Assembly: GCA_951406725.2 (NCBI GenBank)
Contig: OX597831.1
Coordinates: forward strand, 620,001-684,000
Direction of reading: 5' to 3'
DNA length: 64,000 nt
Source of the DNA: Octopus vulgaris
Lineage: Eukaryota
Position numbers and translations under genes: made by a program. Positions within the stretch are counted from its first letter, which is position 1; each line of letters starts with the position of its first letter. This document shows positions 38,823 to 52,320 of the stretch, piece after piece. Under the pieces are notes generated by a model. The model was given only the letters and a program-made list of their open reading frames with translations, made no database searches and had not been told where the DNA came from.

Positions 38823-39667
38823 CTAGCAGCATAGCCCGGCGTTGCCCGGGTATGTAAGAAACTTTGTCGATAAGCAATGCCCTTTACATTTTTACCCTTT
38901 TTTGTACTCATTGAACCGTTATTTTGTAAATAATAAAAGTCAGTTTTGTAGGGTTCGTATGGTCGGTCTCAAAGTGATATGGTTTTGTCGATTTCTCCCA
39001 ATACTTGTTAACTGCATTGACAAAAGGTCGTTAGTTTGACATTTAATGCAAACTTGATGTCTAACATTGGTGTAGGGAAAATCTGTGAACTTTCAAAAAA
39101 TATCGCAGAAAAATCGGTTTGCTATGTGTGCCCCATATGATGTAATTAACCGATTTTTTCCAGTAATAACGTATCCTATTGGAATCAAAAGGGCCATATA
39201 GCTCCTTGGAGCAGACATGATGCTTGCTGTGAATTTCAAAAAAAAATATATTGTCGAAAATATGTCATCTTGAATTTGAACGCGATTTCCCAAAATGGCA
39301 TGATTTTATCGATTTTTTCTGATGCTAAGGTATTGCATGGAAAACTAACGTCAGAATTAAGTTCCTTAGGGTAACATTAAGCTTCCCCATGAGTTTGGTG
39401 AAAATCGATTTCAAGTTGCGAAAACTACAACGGAAAATGTGTTGCATATGATAAGCTGAGATTCTCGACCCCATGTCGAATTTATCGATTTTTTTCAGAA
39501 CTGGGGGAACTTTTCAAAATTTTCGCTGCATTAGTTTTGAATTATGACATTGGGCTATGTTTGTGTCAAGTTTCATCAGAATCGGTTGAAAGCCATGGTC
39601 AGGGTGAGGGTACAACCTAACAGACACACAGACAGACAAACTGCCTTTTATATATATGTATAGAAGA
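38823..39667 (-). mobile_element. Non-autonomous Helitron, different body
   Basis: cccgggcaacgccggg hairpin plus CTAG|T end; TC and TA-rich start with (CTGT)n. Confidence 0.75.
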
Positions 39668-39763
39668 TTTTTACCGTCAAATAGTAAATAATTAGAGTAA
39701 AACTCACAAGAACTGCGGCACATCATTTTCAGTCGTCTCAAAAGCTGATACATATATGAATGA

Positions 39764-39815
<52 letters not shown>

Positions 39816-39989
39816 ATATTTATGCATGTGTGTCATTATTAATAAATATATTTATTTCTTTTGATGTGAATTTTCTGCATAACTTCAGGTTTCATGTTTT
39901 GGAATTCGCAATTTTCAAATGCTCCACGCAAAACGGTGGTAGAACTATTTCCATTCGAGATTTGACTACTTGAGATTTCACGACACTTA

Positions 39990-40730
39990 AAACGTTATTA
40001 GATGCATTCTCCACCACGACACTTCCAATTTCAGGGATAACTCCTGTCACTATACTGCGAGCATCGCACCATACTATCCCATTCTTCAATTTAGGCACAT
40101 ACCAGCTTCCTCTTACTGGGTCCTCCGCAGTCACTCACCCCAAGACTTCTTGTATCATGGCAGTTGTCTTCTCTCCCACTTTGTCACTTCACTGCACTCC
40201 TTCAGCTCGCCTCTCGATGAAGCTGCATGCTGTCCAGAGCCATACTGCAATCGGGTAGTGTCCCAACAGCTTCCCACAGACAGAAAACAGTTCTCACCTA
40301 CTCGTCCTCGTGCCCAGCTCTGGGATCTCATTCCCTCTCCGAAACACCAAACGCGCCGGCCGCCTTGTCTCTCCGTAGCTTGAGTCCCAGTGCAGCTCCT
40401 CTCTCCATCGCCTCCAATGGCTTGGCGTTTAGCCCCAAACTCTTCAGGTGGCTTATGACCTCCTTTGCCGATACTATGTTCTCGTCTACCAGATGTCGTT
40501 AATATAGGAATTGGTGGCTCTTTTCACTATGTCTGCCTTTTCCAAGATGGTTTTGAGAATTGTCGCCATAATCTCCGGTGCTGAATTTAGCCCGAATCCC
40601 AGCCTGGCCACACAGTATGTGCGGCCCTTTTACCTTACTGGCTGATACTTCCACAGTCTCTCAGCCATATGCAGCTGCAGGTATTCTGACTTCAAATTGA
40701 CGATTGTGGAGTCCCCTGTCGTCTCTCTCA
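39990..40730 (-). mobile_element. LTR-retrotransposon RT/RNase H remnant, BEL/Pao-like
   Basis: Reverse strand gives NLKSEYLQLH, RLGFGLNSAP, ELFSVCGKLLGHYP and VWCDA--TGV; multiple stops and frameshifts. Confidence 0.65.
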
Positions 40731-40801
<71 letters not shown>

Positions 40802-43041
40802 GTGAGGGGCTGGAATTAACAAAATTAATGTTGGAACTCCCAGAAAATGAACTTTTATTTAGCAGACTGGTATTATGAGAAGATATAATTTGTGAAAGAT
40901 TCTTTGTGTTGGAGAAGGCAACTCTAACTATATGAGAATTAATAATTAAATAATATCTAGAATTTTTGGGAAAGATCTTACCAACCACTTCACGGAACTG
41001 CAAAGGAAGATTAGATTTAATTTGTTTTCCGTACGGAATAACAAACCAGACAGTTTTCCTAGTAACAGTCAAATTGTGAGTGGTACTATCTTTAATGAAC
41101 GGTGAAATACCCCCAGAGTGAAAAAATGGGCTTAAATAACGCTCGCCTCCCTTACCTCGTAAAGGAATTTTATTATGTTTTGTGTTGTTTACAATATTAG
41201 AATTAAAATCACTCTTCTTATTACAACTAGATTTCTAGTCTTGAACAGTAGATGAAGGATGAGATTGAGCAGAATCAATGTATGTAACTTTTTGTTTATA
41301 TCCTGCTTTAACTAAGGCAGAGTTATAAAATTCTGCCTTGTCGTTAAAAATGTCAACATTGGCGAATAGTTTAGACAATCTAACTGAAATGTTTTTAACT
41401 AAATTCTTAGTAATTGCCCTAGCGTGATTACTGGAAGGACTAATATACTTGAGATTGGTGGAAGGTTTGTGGTATGGGAAGTATGAGTTATTTTGCAAAT
41501 TAAGAGTAATATCTAAGAAGTTAGCTTTAGTTAATTCATCGTCAAAAACGATGTGAAAGCCCGTTCTATGAAAGACCTAACTAATCTATTCTTAATCTTC
41601 TGTATTTTTTGATTTGAAATGTTTTGGAAGTAAATCAAACAATCATCACGATATAGACCTCCACAGATGTCTGGGAACTGGTCGGCCATTTCATAAAGTA
41701 TATATGTGCCGACTAAATCAGCAATTTGAGCTGAATCTGAACTTCCCATTAGGACATCGAACGCATTGGGAGTATCCCTCCGGACCCACAACTTGTTATC
41801 GAACTTAATGATTGATTTTCTAGCAGCCAGTACCACATTAATTTTCTCTCTAGAGAGACCTGCTTTATTGTGTGCATGCCAGACTGCCTTATTGAGTGTA
41901 ATAGGGTTGATTGATGAATAAAAGCTAGATATATCAAACAGAATAAATTTAGTGTTAACCTTATTAGTAATAGAAGTAAACCAATCTACAACTTGAAAAG
42001 AATTAGACCATAAGCTAAGTTTTTAATTTATTGATTAATATAGGGATATACTTATCTAAGATGTATTTACTAAGTCTACTGATGTCTGAGCTGGAAGGAC
42101 AGATAAGACGTGAGGATGGGTTATTATAAAAGTTTTATTTGTGGTCTTTTAAAATAAATCAAGGCTGCCTGGGATTCAACGGTTCTGTCTTCATCTGTAA
42201 TCCATACGATTCCATAATTCCTTTAGCTTCTAGGTTAGCCTGCCTGAGAGTATTCCTACTGGTGGTCTTGTAGTTTTTATGGATCACCTTTTCCAGCAGT
42301 TCCAAATAGTGGCTCTTAGTAAGCTTATAGAGGTTTCCGGTTTTATCAGATTGAACAAGGATGCAATCTATGTTATTGATTTCCTTAGAGACGTTGTGAA
42401 GATATCTAAGATGTTTGTTCCTGAGGGGTGAACGGTGAAATTTTATATTCTTCACGATGGACCATAGATCATCCTCGAATTGCTTCAATCTAGGGTTAGG
42501 TGGAGGGGTACCCTTCGGGTTAGGTGGAGGGCTGCCCTTCGATTTAAATAATTTTGTATACTCAGAAGAAATATTATTACTGGTCTGTTGTAAGTCCTTA
42601 TTGTCGAAGAAGGAGGTGAGCCATCTGATGCGGTTGATAAATGCATTCGTCTTATTGATGAGTTCCTTAAGGAAAGCATTCTTTGGGGGAATAGGAATAT
42701 CCTTAAGCGAAACGTTGATATTAAATCACTCCATTTGCGGTAACGGTTATATTAGTAGGTTATAAGATAATCTGTTGAAAAATATGTCAATGGGTTATTG
42801 AATTATCCTTTGTTTACCGTTAACATGGAAAATTCAATAAACAGTTACCGGGGTTGCAAAATTCACGCAAGTAACAAGGATGTAGCGCGACCTATTTAAA
42901 GGTAGAAACTCCGCGTTAATGCGCAGTAATTTGTGTAGTATAAGTAAATAAATGAGTTGAACGCAGATGAATTTTGCGACCCTGGTAACTGTTTATTGAA
43001 GTTTCCGTGTTAACGGTAAACAAAAGATAATTCATTCATCC

Positions 43042-43047
<6 letters not shown>
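40730..43047 (-). mobile_element. Penelope-like retroelement copy 1: 5' pseudo-LTR, N-terminus and RT, broken at the (AAT)n linker
   Basis: ATG at 42734; SLKDIPIPPK, FINRIRW, SDKTGNLY, FDISSFYSSI, MGSSDSAQIADLVG, GGLYRDDCL, FLDITL, WFVIPY; pLTR 42781-42970 followed by an inverted partial pLTR to 43047. Confidence 0.9.
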
Positions 43048-43122
<75 letters not shown>

Positions 43123-43740
43123 TGTATGTATGTATGTATGTATATTTACATAATGACATACATACATACATACACACATACATGCATGCATACCTACCTA
43201 TTTACCTACATACCTACCTGCATGCATGCATGCATACATACATACATACATACATACATACATACATACATACATACATACATACATACATACATACATA
43301 CATACATACATACATACATACATGCATACATACATACATACATACATACATACATACATACATACATACATACATACATACATACATACATACATACATA
43401 CATACATGCATACATACATACATATATACATACATACATACATACATACATGCATACATGCATACATACATACATAGTGATTGCTCCATATTCACAGGTG
43501 ATTGCCGTTTTCTTGTGCTTCCTTGTTGTCGATCGAAATTCTGACTTTCCATCCATGACCTTTCAGATGGCCATACAATCCCCATTTCAGATCTGCATGG
43601 TTTGAAGCAGCCAGCTTTATAATGTTGTTGTATTGGATGCCAACTCTCCTCCCTTTCTAGATTGCAGTGTAGTGAGGGGAGATTTAGTCACCGACTCTCC
43701 GACCATGAGCAATTAGTAGGATTATATAATTACTTACATA

Positions 43741-43970
43741 TTTCTTTATTGCCCACAAGGGGCTAAACACAGAGAGGACAAACAAGGACAGACAAACGGA
43801 TTAAGTCGATTACATCGACCCCAGTGCGTAACTGGTACTTAATTTATCGACCCCGAAAGGATGAAAGGTAAAGTCGACCTCGGTGGAATTTGAACTCAGA
43901 ACGTAGCTGCAGACGAAATACGGCTACGCATTTCGCCCGGCGTGCTAACGTTTCTGCCAGCTCGCCGCCT
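43741..43970 (-). mobile_element. Nin/Deu-domain tRNA SINE with TSD
   Basis: Full-length; flanking direct repeat tatataattactta at about 43723-43736 and 43973-43986. Confidence 0.85.
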
Positions 43971-44041
43971 TTTATATAATTACTTATAGCATATTTTTTT
44001 CAGTTTGTGATGGAACTGGTCCTGATCTGACCTTGCATTTG

Positions 44042-46910
44042 GTACTGGAGAAATAACATGTAGACTGTACAGTAAGGCATGTTGTTGAAAACAAAGCATC
44101 TATCAAGTAATTCAGTGTTGGATAAGGGCATCGGATAAAATTTCCTTGTGGTAACTGTACTGGCTCTCTGTGCTCTGAGTTCAAATCTTACCGAGGTCAA
44201 CTTCATGGTCGATAAATAAAATACCAGTTTCACGCTGGACTCCAATCTTCCTTTTTCTCTCACCCTTTCTGGTTGTCTTTCTCTTCTAGAAGAAATCGAC
44301 TGTTGTTAGACATGGACAAGCGTGTGTCGGATCTAAAATATCCGAGACACGAAGTAAGTCATGGCGGCACATTTACAACTCCATCAAAGAGTTAAGGGCG
44401 CATAGGACCATATAATAAGTAGTAAGGAGTAAATGAGAGCAAGTTGCTAGATTCTCATCACAAGGTAATATAAAAAAAACCCGTCAAATTATCTAGTGCC
44501 TGTTGCGCAATTAAATGATTCTTATTGAGAATTATTGCATCGCAGAACGCCAAGGCTTTCCGGTAAGTATATATATTGATTGATAAGAAAGTTATAGAAC
44601 ATTGCCCACGCATTTTCATTGAGGATTGATTGAAGATAATGTTTCTTCATCAACGTGTCTAGTCATGTAAAGAAAATATATACTATAACATGTAATAAGG
44701 CTATAATATATTGTGATTAGTATTTGTGATCATAGAACTGGTTGCTTAGTCAGAGTTCACCCACTGATAAAGAAAAACAACAATTTAATTATAATACTTT
44801 ATAATATTGCGACCTCAGTACGTGAGTATTACTTTATTTTTCAACACCTGTAATTGATTGGGACTTTATTTCATTGACACAAGGTGCTTTGGTTAGTTCT
44901 TCATTTTGTCGACCGAAGGTATTTAACTTTTTGTTGTTTGTTCCTTCTCGAGCCATGCCTGGCTCATAAGGGCCGGTTTCCCGGTTTCTTGGCGTATAGG
45001 TTCCCCACCTGGATGGGACGCCGGTCCGTCGCAGGTGAGCTGCAAGATGCAGGAGGAAAGAGTGGCAGAAAGTTGTGGCGAAAGAGTCAGCAGAAGTTCG
45101 CCATTACCTTCTGCCGGAGCCGCGTAGAGCTTAGGTGTTTTCGCTCATAAACACACACATCACCCGGTCTGAGATTCGAACCCGCGATCCCTCGACCGCG
45201 AGTCCGCTGCTCTAACCACTAGGCCATGTGCCTCCACAAGTAAATGCGTCCTTTTAAAGCCTAGCCAGGCTCATGGTACCGGTTTCCCGGTTTCAATGGC
45301 GTATGTATTCCCCAGCTGGACGGGACGCCAGTCCATCGTAGCGTTACTCATTTTTGCCAGCTGAGTGGACAGTATCAACTTGAAATGAAGTGTTTTGCTC
45401 AAGAACACAACGCGTCGCCCGGTCCAGGAGTTGAAACCACAATCTTACGATCATGATGCTGACACCCTAACTACTAAGCCACGCACCTCCTCAGGTATTT
45501 AACTTGTACTTTATTAAACCGACTCACAATATTTAACTAGTACTTTACTTTATCAATCCTCAGTAATTGACTAGTACTTATTTTATCAACCACTTTACTT
45601 GACTGGTACTTTATTTCAACGATCCAAAGTATTTGATTGGTACTCTATTATATCGAACCCAAGTACTGGAGAAATAACATGTAGAGTGTACAGTAAGGCA
45701 TGTTGTTGAAAACAAAGCATCTATCAAGTAATTCAGTGTTGGATAAGGGCGTCGGATAAATTTCCTTGTGGTAACTGTACTGGCTCTCTGTGCTCTGAGT
45801 TCAAATCTTACCGAGGTCAATAAAATACCAGTTTCACGATAAATAAAATACCAGTTTCACGCTGGTCTCGAATCTTCCCTTTTCTCCCACCCTTTCTGGT
45901 TGTCTTTCTCTTCTAGAAGAAATCGACTGTAGTTAGACATGGACAAGCGTGTGTCGAATCTAAAATATCCGAGACACGAAGTAAGTCATGGCGGCACATT
46001 TACAACTCCATCAAAGAGTTAAGGGCGCATAGGACCATATAATAAGTAGTAAGGAGTAAATGAGAGCAAGTTGCTAGATTCTCATCACAAGGTAATATAA
46101 AAAAAAAACTGTCAAATTATCTAGTGCCTGTTGCGCAATCAAATTATTCTTATTGAGAATTATTGCATCGCAGAACGCCAAGGCTTTCCGGTAAGTATAT
46201 ATATTGATTGATAAGAAAGTTATAGAACATTGCCCACGCATTTTCATTGAGGATTGATTGAAGACAATGTTTCTTTATCAACATGTCTGGTCATGCGTAC
46301 CATTTCATTGTAAAGAAAATATATACTATAACAGGTAATAAGGCTATAATATAGTGTGATTAGTATTTGTGATCATAGAACTGGTTGCTAAGTAAAAGTT
46401 CACCCACTGATAAAGAAACAAAACAATAGAATTATAATACTTTATAATATCGCGACCTCAGTACTTGAGTATTACTTAATTTTTCAACACCAGTACTTGA
46501 TTGGGACTTTATTTCATCGACACAAGGTGCTTGGTTAGTACTTCATTTTGTCAACCTAAGGTATTTAACTTGTACTTTATTAAACCAACTCACATTATTT
46601 GACTGGTACTTTACTTTATCAATCCTCAGTAACTGATTAGTACTTATTTTATCAACCACTGTACTTCAACACCAGTACTTGATTGGGACTTTATTTCATC
46701 GACACAAGGTGCTTGCTTAGTATTTCATTTTGTCAACCCAAGGTATTTAACTTGTACTTTATTAAACCGACTCACATTATTTGACTAGTACTTTACTTTG
46801 TCAATCATCAGTAATTGATTAATTCTTATTTTATCAACCACTGTACTTGGCTGGTACTTTATTCCAACGATCCAAAGAATTTGATTGGTACTCTATTATA
46901 TCGAACCCAA
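44042..46910. repeat. Tandem duplication of an approximately 1.05-kb unit
   Basis: Copy A starts gtactggagaaataacatgtag at 44042 and copy B at 45663; highly similar throughout. A carries a SINE insertion; B carries an extra ~180-bp internal repeat. Confidence 0.92.
44930..45492 (-). mobile_element. Two head-to-tail Meta/V-like tRNA SINEs inside one 13-bp TSD
   Basis: aggtatttaactt at 44917-44929 and 45493-45505; the duplicate copy B has the empty site at about 46559-46571. Confidence 0.85.
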
Positions 46911-47075
46911 GTACTTGATTGGTACTTTATTTTATTGATTCCAAGATACTTGTATGACACTTTACTTTATCGACTAGAGTACTTGATTGATACTTTATTT
47001 TGTCAACTCACTGTGCTTGACCGATACTTTATTTTATTATCACGAAAGGATGAAGGGCAAAGCTGAGCTCGGCAG
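46455..47075. repeat. ~30-bp degenerate minisatellite derived from the Nin/Deu SINE centre
   Basis: Units like agtacttgattggtactttattttatcgac run into gaaaggatgaagggcaaagctgagctcggc; also at 45500-45662. Confidence 0.75.
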
Positions 47076-47320
47076 GGCACGAAATCGAAGAGACGACGAG
47101 CAAGGCCCAAAGTGTCACATGCAAGCACATACACCTCCAGCTATAACATCGATTTGCACATAACACGTTATAGGTAGGGTCTCACCCTGTACTGCATTGA
47201 CTGAATGCATGAAGCGCATTCACATACAAAGAAAAAAAAAAAACACTGCAGGCATCTAATTCCTGTATTATTAGCCTTGCCTGATCCAGGGAGAAACACA
47301 ATTTGAAAGATAATAATAAC

Positions 47321-47388
<68 letters not shown>

Positions 47389-47454
47389 CAACAATAATAA
47401 TAATAATAATAATAACAATAACTAATAATAATATATAATAATAATAATAATAAT

Positions 47455-47485
<31 letters not shown>

Positions 47486-47546
47486 TTAATAATAATAATA
47501 ATAATAATAAATAATAATAACAATAACAATAACAATAATAATAATA

Positions 47547-47588
<42 letters not shown>

Positions 47589-47630
47589 TAATAATAATAA
47601 TAATATTAATAATGATAATAATAATAATAG

Positions 47631-47809
47631 TCGATGTGAGAACTGTTGCTGCTCATGTATTTTAATTTAACTTAAAAAAAAAAAAAATGAACGAACTATT
47701 GAGTTTGGTTTAATGGCCTACCAATGTATACTATGAGTTTCTTTGCCCTAGGAGTCGGGAAGACACTCGGCAAGAAATGGAAGCAAATTTGAAAAAGAAA
47801 AAAAAAAGT
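47631..47809 (+). mobile_element. R4/Dong-like LINE 3'UTR fragment in (TAA)n
   Basis: Reverse complement of about 58280-58458; (TAA)n on both sides. Confidence 0.85.
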
Positions 47810-48401
47810 AATAATAATAATAATGATAATTATTATTATTATTATCATTATAATAATAATAATAATTGATATCGATATATTTCATCTGTTACTTTTAATT
47901 TTGTCCCAGCACGTGTTTGCAACGCTATAACTTTGTAAATAAAAATTTAAAAAGCAAACTGTACCGCCAACCAACACTTTCTTTGTGAAAATAAGCAAAT
48001 CTGCCAAATTTTTTTTTGTCTGTTTCTTTTCCTTTCTTTTCTGTTTTGCTTACTGTTTCATAATACAGATGCATATAGTGATTCTTTTAAATACATTTTG
48101 TTTGTATAAGGAACAGCAATAACAACAACAACAACAATAATAATAATAGTTTCTGTCACTGCAGTTCTGCAACAGGTTCTCCTCCGACCCCTGTCATTCC
48201 CGTCCCCTCCCCACCCTCTCCCTTCTTCTTCTTCTTTGAAAAACATATCCACCTGGTGTTTGTTTAGTCCATGAGGACCGACAAATTACTTAGAGCTGTT
48301 GCCTATAAATAGGGACCATCTCAGTCTAATCACCATCAGACTGACCGTTTTTGGCTTTCAATCGGGCGTCACGGACCTTCACTTCGCAATGTAAATAAGT
48401 A

Positions 48402-48457
<56 letters not shown>

Positions 48458-48749
48458 TGTTCTGTTGTTTCAAGGGTTTGGTGTCGTGTGCCCGGTTAAA
48501 TTTTTGCTTCCTATTGAACCACGACTTGAGATTTGGGGACGAAGAGCTATTTTTTAAAATTTCTTTCTTTTTCATGCTCTTTATTTTTATTTATATTTTT
48601 TTTGTTCTGACTTTGTATCAAAGACTTTCTGGATTATACTTGCTGAACGTAATAGACAGGTCTTCTGCACTGAAGCCTTTGTCAGGTTCAGATAAAATTT
48701 TTGAAGGTTTACTCTCAGAGTCTTTGTCACTACCATTATTATTATTATA

Positions 48750-49090
48750 GTGGAGGCGCAATGGCCCAGTGGTTAGGGCAGCGGGCGTTGTGAGTGTTTA
48801 TTGAGCGAAAACACCTAAAGCTCCACGAGGCTCCGGCAGGGGATGGTGGTGATCCCTGCTGTACTCTTTCACCACAACTTTCTCTCACTCTTACTTTCTG
48901 TTGTACCTGTATTTCAAAGGGCCGGCCTTGTCACTCTCTGTGTCACGCTGAATATCCCCGAGAACTACGTTAAGGGTACACGTGTCTGTGGAGTGCTCAG
49001 CCACTTACACGTTAATTTCACGATCAGGCTGTTCCGTTGATTCGGATCAACCGGAACCCTCGTCGTCGTAACCGACGGAGTGCTTCCAAA
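48750..49090 (+). mobile_element. tRNA-derived SINE, head related to 45238-45080 but with a different tail
   Basis: gtggaggcgcaatggcccagtggttagggcagcgg head, gagcgaaaacacctaaagctcc, A-rich end. Confidence 0.7.
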
Positions 49091-49212
49091 AAAAAAATAT
49101 TATTATAACCGAGCATTTTAGAGATTATTATTATTATTATTATTGTTATTATTATTATTATCATTATCATTATTATTGCTGCTGCTGCTGTTGTTGTTGT
49201 TGTTGTTGTTGT

Positions 49213-51905
49213 TGTAGCGAGGCACAAGAAGCCAGTGCCATTTTGTACGAGATCTCGCTGATAGCCATTCCTTCTTGCTTATGCTGAGAAACACCGCGAA
49301 GCTGGTGGCTCACAGCGGACTCTTATTCCGCTCTATCTTCACCTGTTATCTCCAGAGGTAATGAACCTCACATGAACGGAGCCACAACGAACCACGCGCT
49401 GCCATAAAGATGGTCATTGGGAGCGAACCACATGAACAAGAACTAAAAATAAACGACTGTTGAATTGCACTCCGCTTGTAAACTTCTTCGTGTTCCAGAT
49501 CCTCAAGACCACAGAAATAATTATAATGGGAGAAGGAGATACTCCACAGGTATCACAAGCCTTCAATTCCATTATAAAATGGTGACCCCGACGGAAAAAT
49601 GACTTCAGCAGCTGCAAGCTTTCTCATTGTAGATGCCTCCCCCGAACTACAGAATGGCAGTCTGGCCCGACGTCAGAATATCTTTCCACGTTCAAGTGAA
49701 CCTTTAGAATTTGTGTTTTTCGTCTCGAACTTGTACCTCGCAGAGTATGCTTTCTTCCTACAAGGAACTACACGGTTGTTATGTGTAGTTTGGGTTCTAG
49801 TGGGATAGACAACCAAATGAAAACCATTGTTATTGTTTACGTGTTTATTTCTTTACATGTTACACGGACGACGACATTCAGCGTAGTAATGCATTATATA
49901 CTTTACACACAGTTTGTACTGTTCACTAACAAATAGTGCCAAGAGTGGGGATGTAGTTTGGCACACGCAAACACATACATATGAATGTGTAACAACGGTA
50001 TTCTGTCAAGTAATCTCCTTTTGTAGTAATTTTCCCCACAATGTCGACCGACAACGTTTGATGTCAGTACATACACCAAATGCAGCTACAGGACACTTCA
50101 AGCAAGCCGACCATCAACTTCTAACCGTCGTTCCTGTCTACCGCAATGTTTGGATTGCCTCACGTGTTGAAAAAAAAAAAAAGAAAATTACCAGTTTGCT
50201 CGCCATTTTTTGACGACATTTTTGAACGGACTGCAACACAGGTTTAGTGATTAAAAAAGAAATTTTTGTTCATTGCTACACACAGCACACAAAAAATTCA
50301 AAAATTTTGCTAAGAATATTTTTTTTCGCACACACGTTACTATTCCAGCAACACTTTTGTCGGTTCTTTAGTCCTTTCTTCTCTTCTCTATACAAAATGA
50401 GTCTTTCCAACTTACCCGCGTACCCTGGTGATGCCACGCTTTAGTTCGCTCAATTGGATGCGTATTTTTCCGCCCATGCAGTACTTCACCAACAGCAGCT
50501 AAATCTTTTGTACTGTGGGATGCCTGCATCCCTTGCATGCTGAGTGAAAGGCCTCAACACTGACCCATATCCGGACGCGATTTACGTGTCCGTCAAATCC
50601 GAGGTTCTCCATTGGAACAGACAATCCGCGGAAAGTAAATTCTAGACACTGATGCAAGATGAATCCTTGGGAGATAGGACGCCATCTCAGTTTTTTTCGT
50701 CGTTTGCGTGAACTCAGCGACACTCCACTTGAGGACAATCCTCTCCCTTGGAAATTGTTTTTCTCTTGGCTACCGCCGAATGTCCAATCCATACTGGCCA
50801 CTACGGTCGACTCCAATTCGCTTGATCAGATAGCCACCATGGCGGACAAGATCATAGATTTCACTGTGCAGCCCGCACCTCACCATACCTGTTCGGATCC
50901 TGTAGTGGCTTTCTCTACTACCACAAAGCCTTTTCCCTGGTCACATGACGACATTTTGGAGAGAGATGACGCATTAGCACGTCGCATGGACACATTGTGG
51001 TGAGAACACGCCAGCTCTCGACGTCCTCGCAGCAGAAACCGTTCTAAGTCACGGTCATCTAGTTCTACTCCAACGGTTTCCAATATCTGCTGGTACCAGT
51101 CCACATTCAAGGACAAAGCCCGTCGATGCATCCAAGCTGTCGGGAAACTAGCTACGGAAGATTTGGGCACGTCAAATTCTTCCCGCAATTTTTCATCTCA
51201 TCGTGCATTCTTTGTTAAGGAGCGTGTGTCTAACGAATCGTTCATGGTTGACACCGGATTCAGCTGTTCTATTTGGCCTTTGTGTCTTACTTCAGATAAG
51301 CCGAAGTAATCTGCCATTAACCTGCACGCGGTGAATCTATCCCCGATAAAAACTTACGTTCAGGTCTCATTACACCTAGATCTCAACCTTCGAAGGGATT
51401 TTAGGTGGGTTTTTGTTATAGCAGATCTACCATACCTCATTCTAGGCACGGACTTCTTAAGCCATTTTCACTTATTAGTAGATGTCATGCAAGAGAGACT
51501 CGTGGACGATTCTACGTCTTTGTGTACACCTACTCAGGTTACTACTAATGCTGTTCCCAGCCCGTCATTTTTTGTCGCCGCTGCTGGTGATCAGTTCCAC
51601 TCCTTTTTGGATTTTTTCCCAGAGCTGGTTGATCCGACTTTCAAATCAGTCAAATTCCCACACTCGGCTCGCCATTATATCACTACTTCTGGATCACCCG
51701 TCTTTTCGCGTCCACCGCGACTCGCTCTTGATCGGTTCAAAAGGCTCGATCTGTTTGAGCATATGCTTCAACTCAACCATATTCGCCCTTCCACCAGCCC
51801 TTTGGGCATCTCCTCTACATTTGGCATGGAAAGGGGATTCAGACTTTCGCCCGGTGGGGGATTACAGACGTTTGAATGCGGTCACTGTCTCCGATCGCTA
51901 TCCTA
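49213..51905 (+). mobile_element. Decayed Ty3/Gypsy element of CsRn1/Kabuki type: 5' LTR, PBS, gag, protease and RT start
   Basis: TG start at 49213; PBS TGGTGACCCCGACG at 49580-93; gag LGDRTPSQF-RRLREL, LPPNVQSILA, MADKI, CWY---F---ARRC; protease MVDTG; RT WASPLHL and RPVGDYRRLNAVT--DRYP. Confidence 0.88.
49580..49593 (+). promoter_or_regulatory. Primer-binding site complementary to the tRNA-Trp 3' end
   Basis: TGGTGACCCCGACG directly after the LTR; tRNA-Trp priming is characteristic of this Gypsy lineage. Confidence 0.8.
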
Positions 51906-52320
51906 TAACTTCCTGCAACTCATCTAAAATCTTCTTATCTTCCTCACTTAAATCACCCAAGTCGTTGGTTCCAGTTGTCCCTTCTTTATTAGTAGCGCTA
52001 TAATTATTTTTTCCTTTAGGTTCTTCTTTGGTTTGAGCTGTGTCTCTTATATTGTTGTTTGTGTTTCCCACTGCCTGGTCTTTCTTTTCCAGTTCTCTTG
52101 CGATCTCTTCTCCCTCCATTTTTGTCATTCATTTTCTTCTTCTAATAGCATTAGCTTGATCAACTAATCTCTACTCAGTCACTTTTAAACATACCTTTCT
52201 CTACCCAAAGTGTTAACATCTGTTTTCTATAGCCCCTTCTTTTAGGTCCATTTTCTAAGAAGCACTGTATCACTATCCTGTTTTCTTTGCTGGTCCACTT
52301 CTTCCTATAGTGCAAACATA
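51900..52320 (-). mobile_element. N-terminal fragment of an R4/Dong-like LINE ORF
   Basis: KKWTSKENRIVIQCF--GPKRRGYRKQMLTLW--KGMF and ANAIRR...MEGEEI, a Myb-like N-terminal pattern of R4-clade elements. Confidence 0.65.

Noticed and set aside
42726-42734. In-frame TGA at codon 3 of the PLE ORF as possible selenocysteine, since some Naiad-clade PLEs are selenoproteins
   Set aside because: The position is not a Cys motif and is more simply CGA>TGA decay; the stop in the endonuclease is TAG; I could not see a SECIS in 57382-57650. A SECIS search on the consensus would settle it.
45165-45238. tRNA-like sequence with A and B boxes (also 13536, 23680, 30968, 48750)
   Set aside because: These are SINE heads continuing into shared bodies and tails; no convincing acceptor stem, so not called as tRNA genes.
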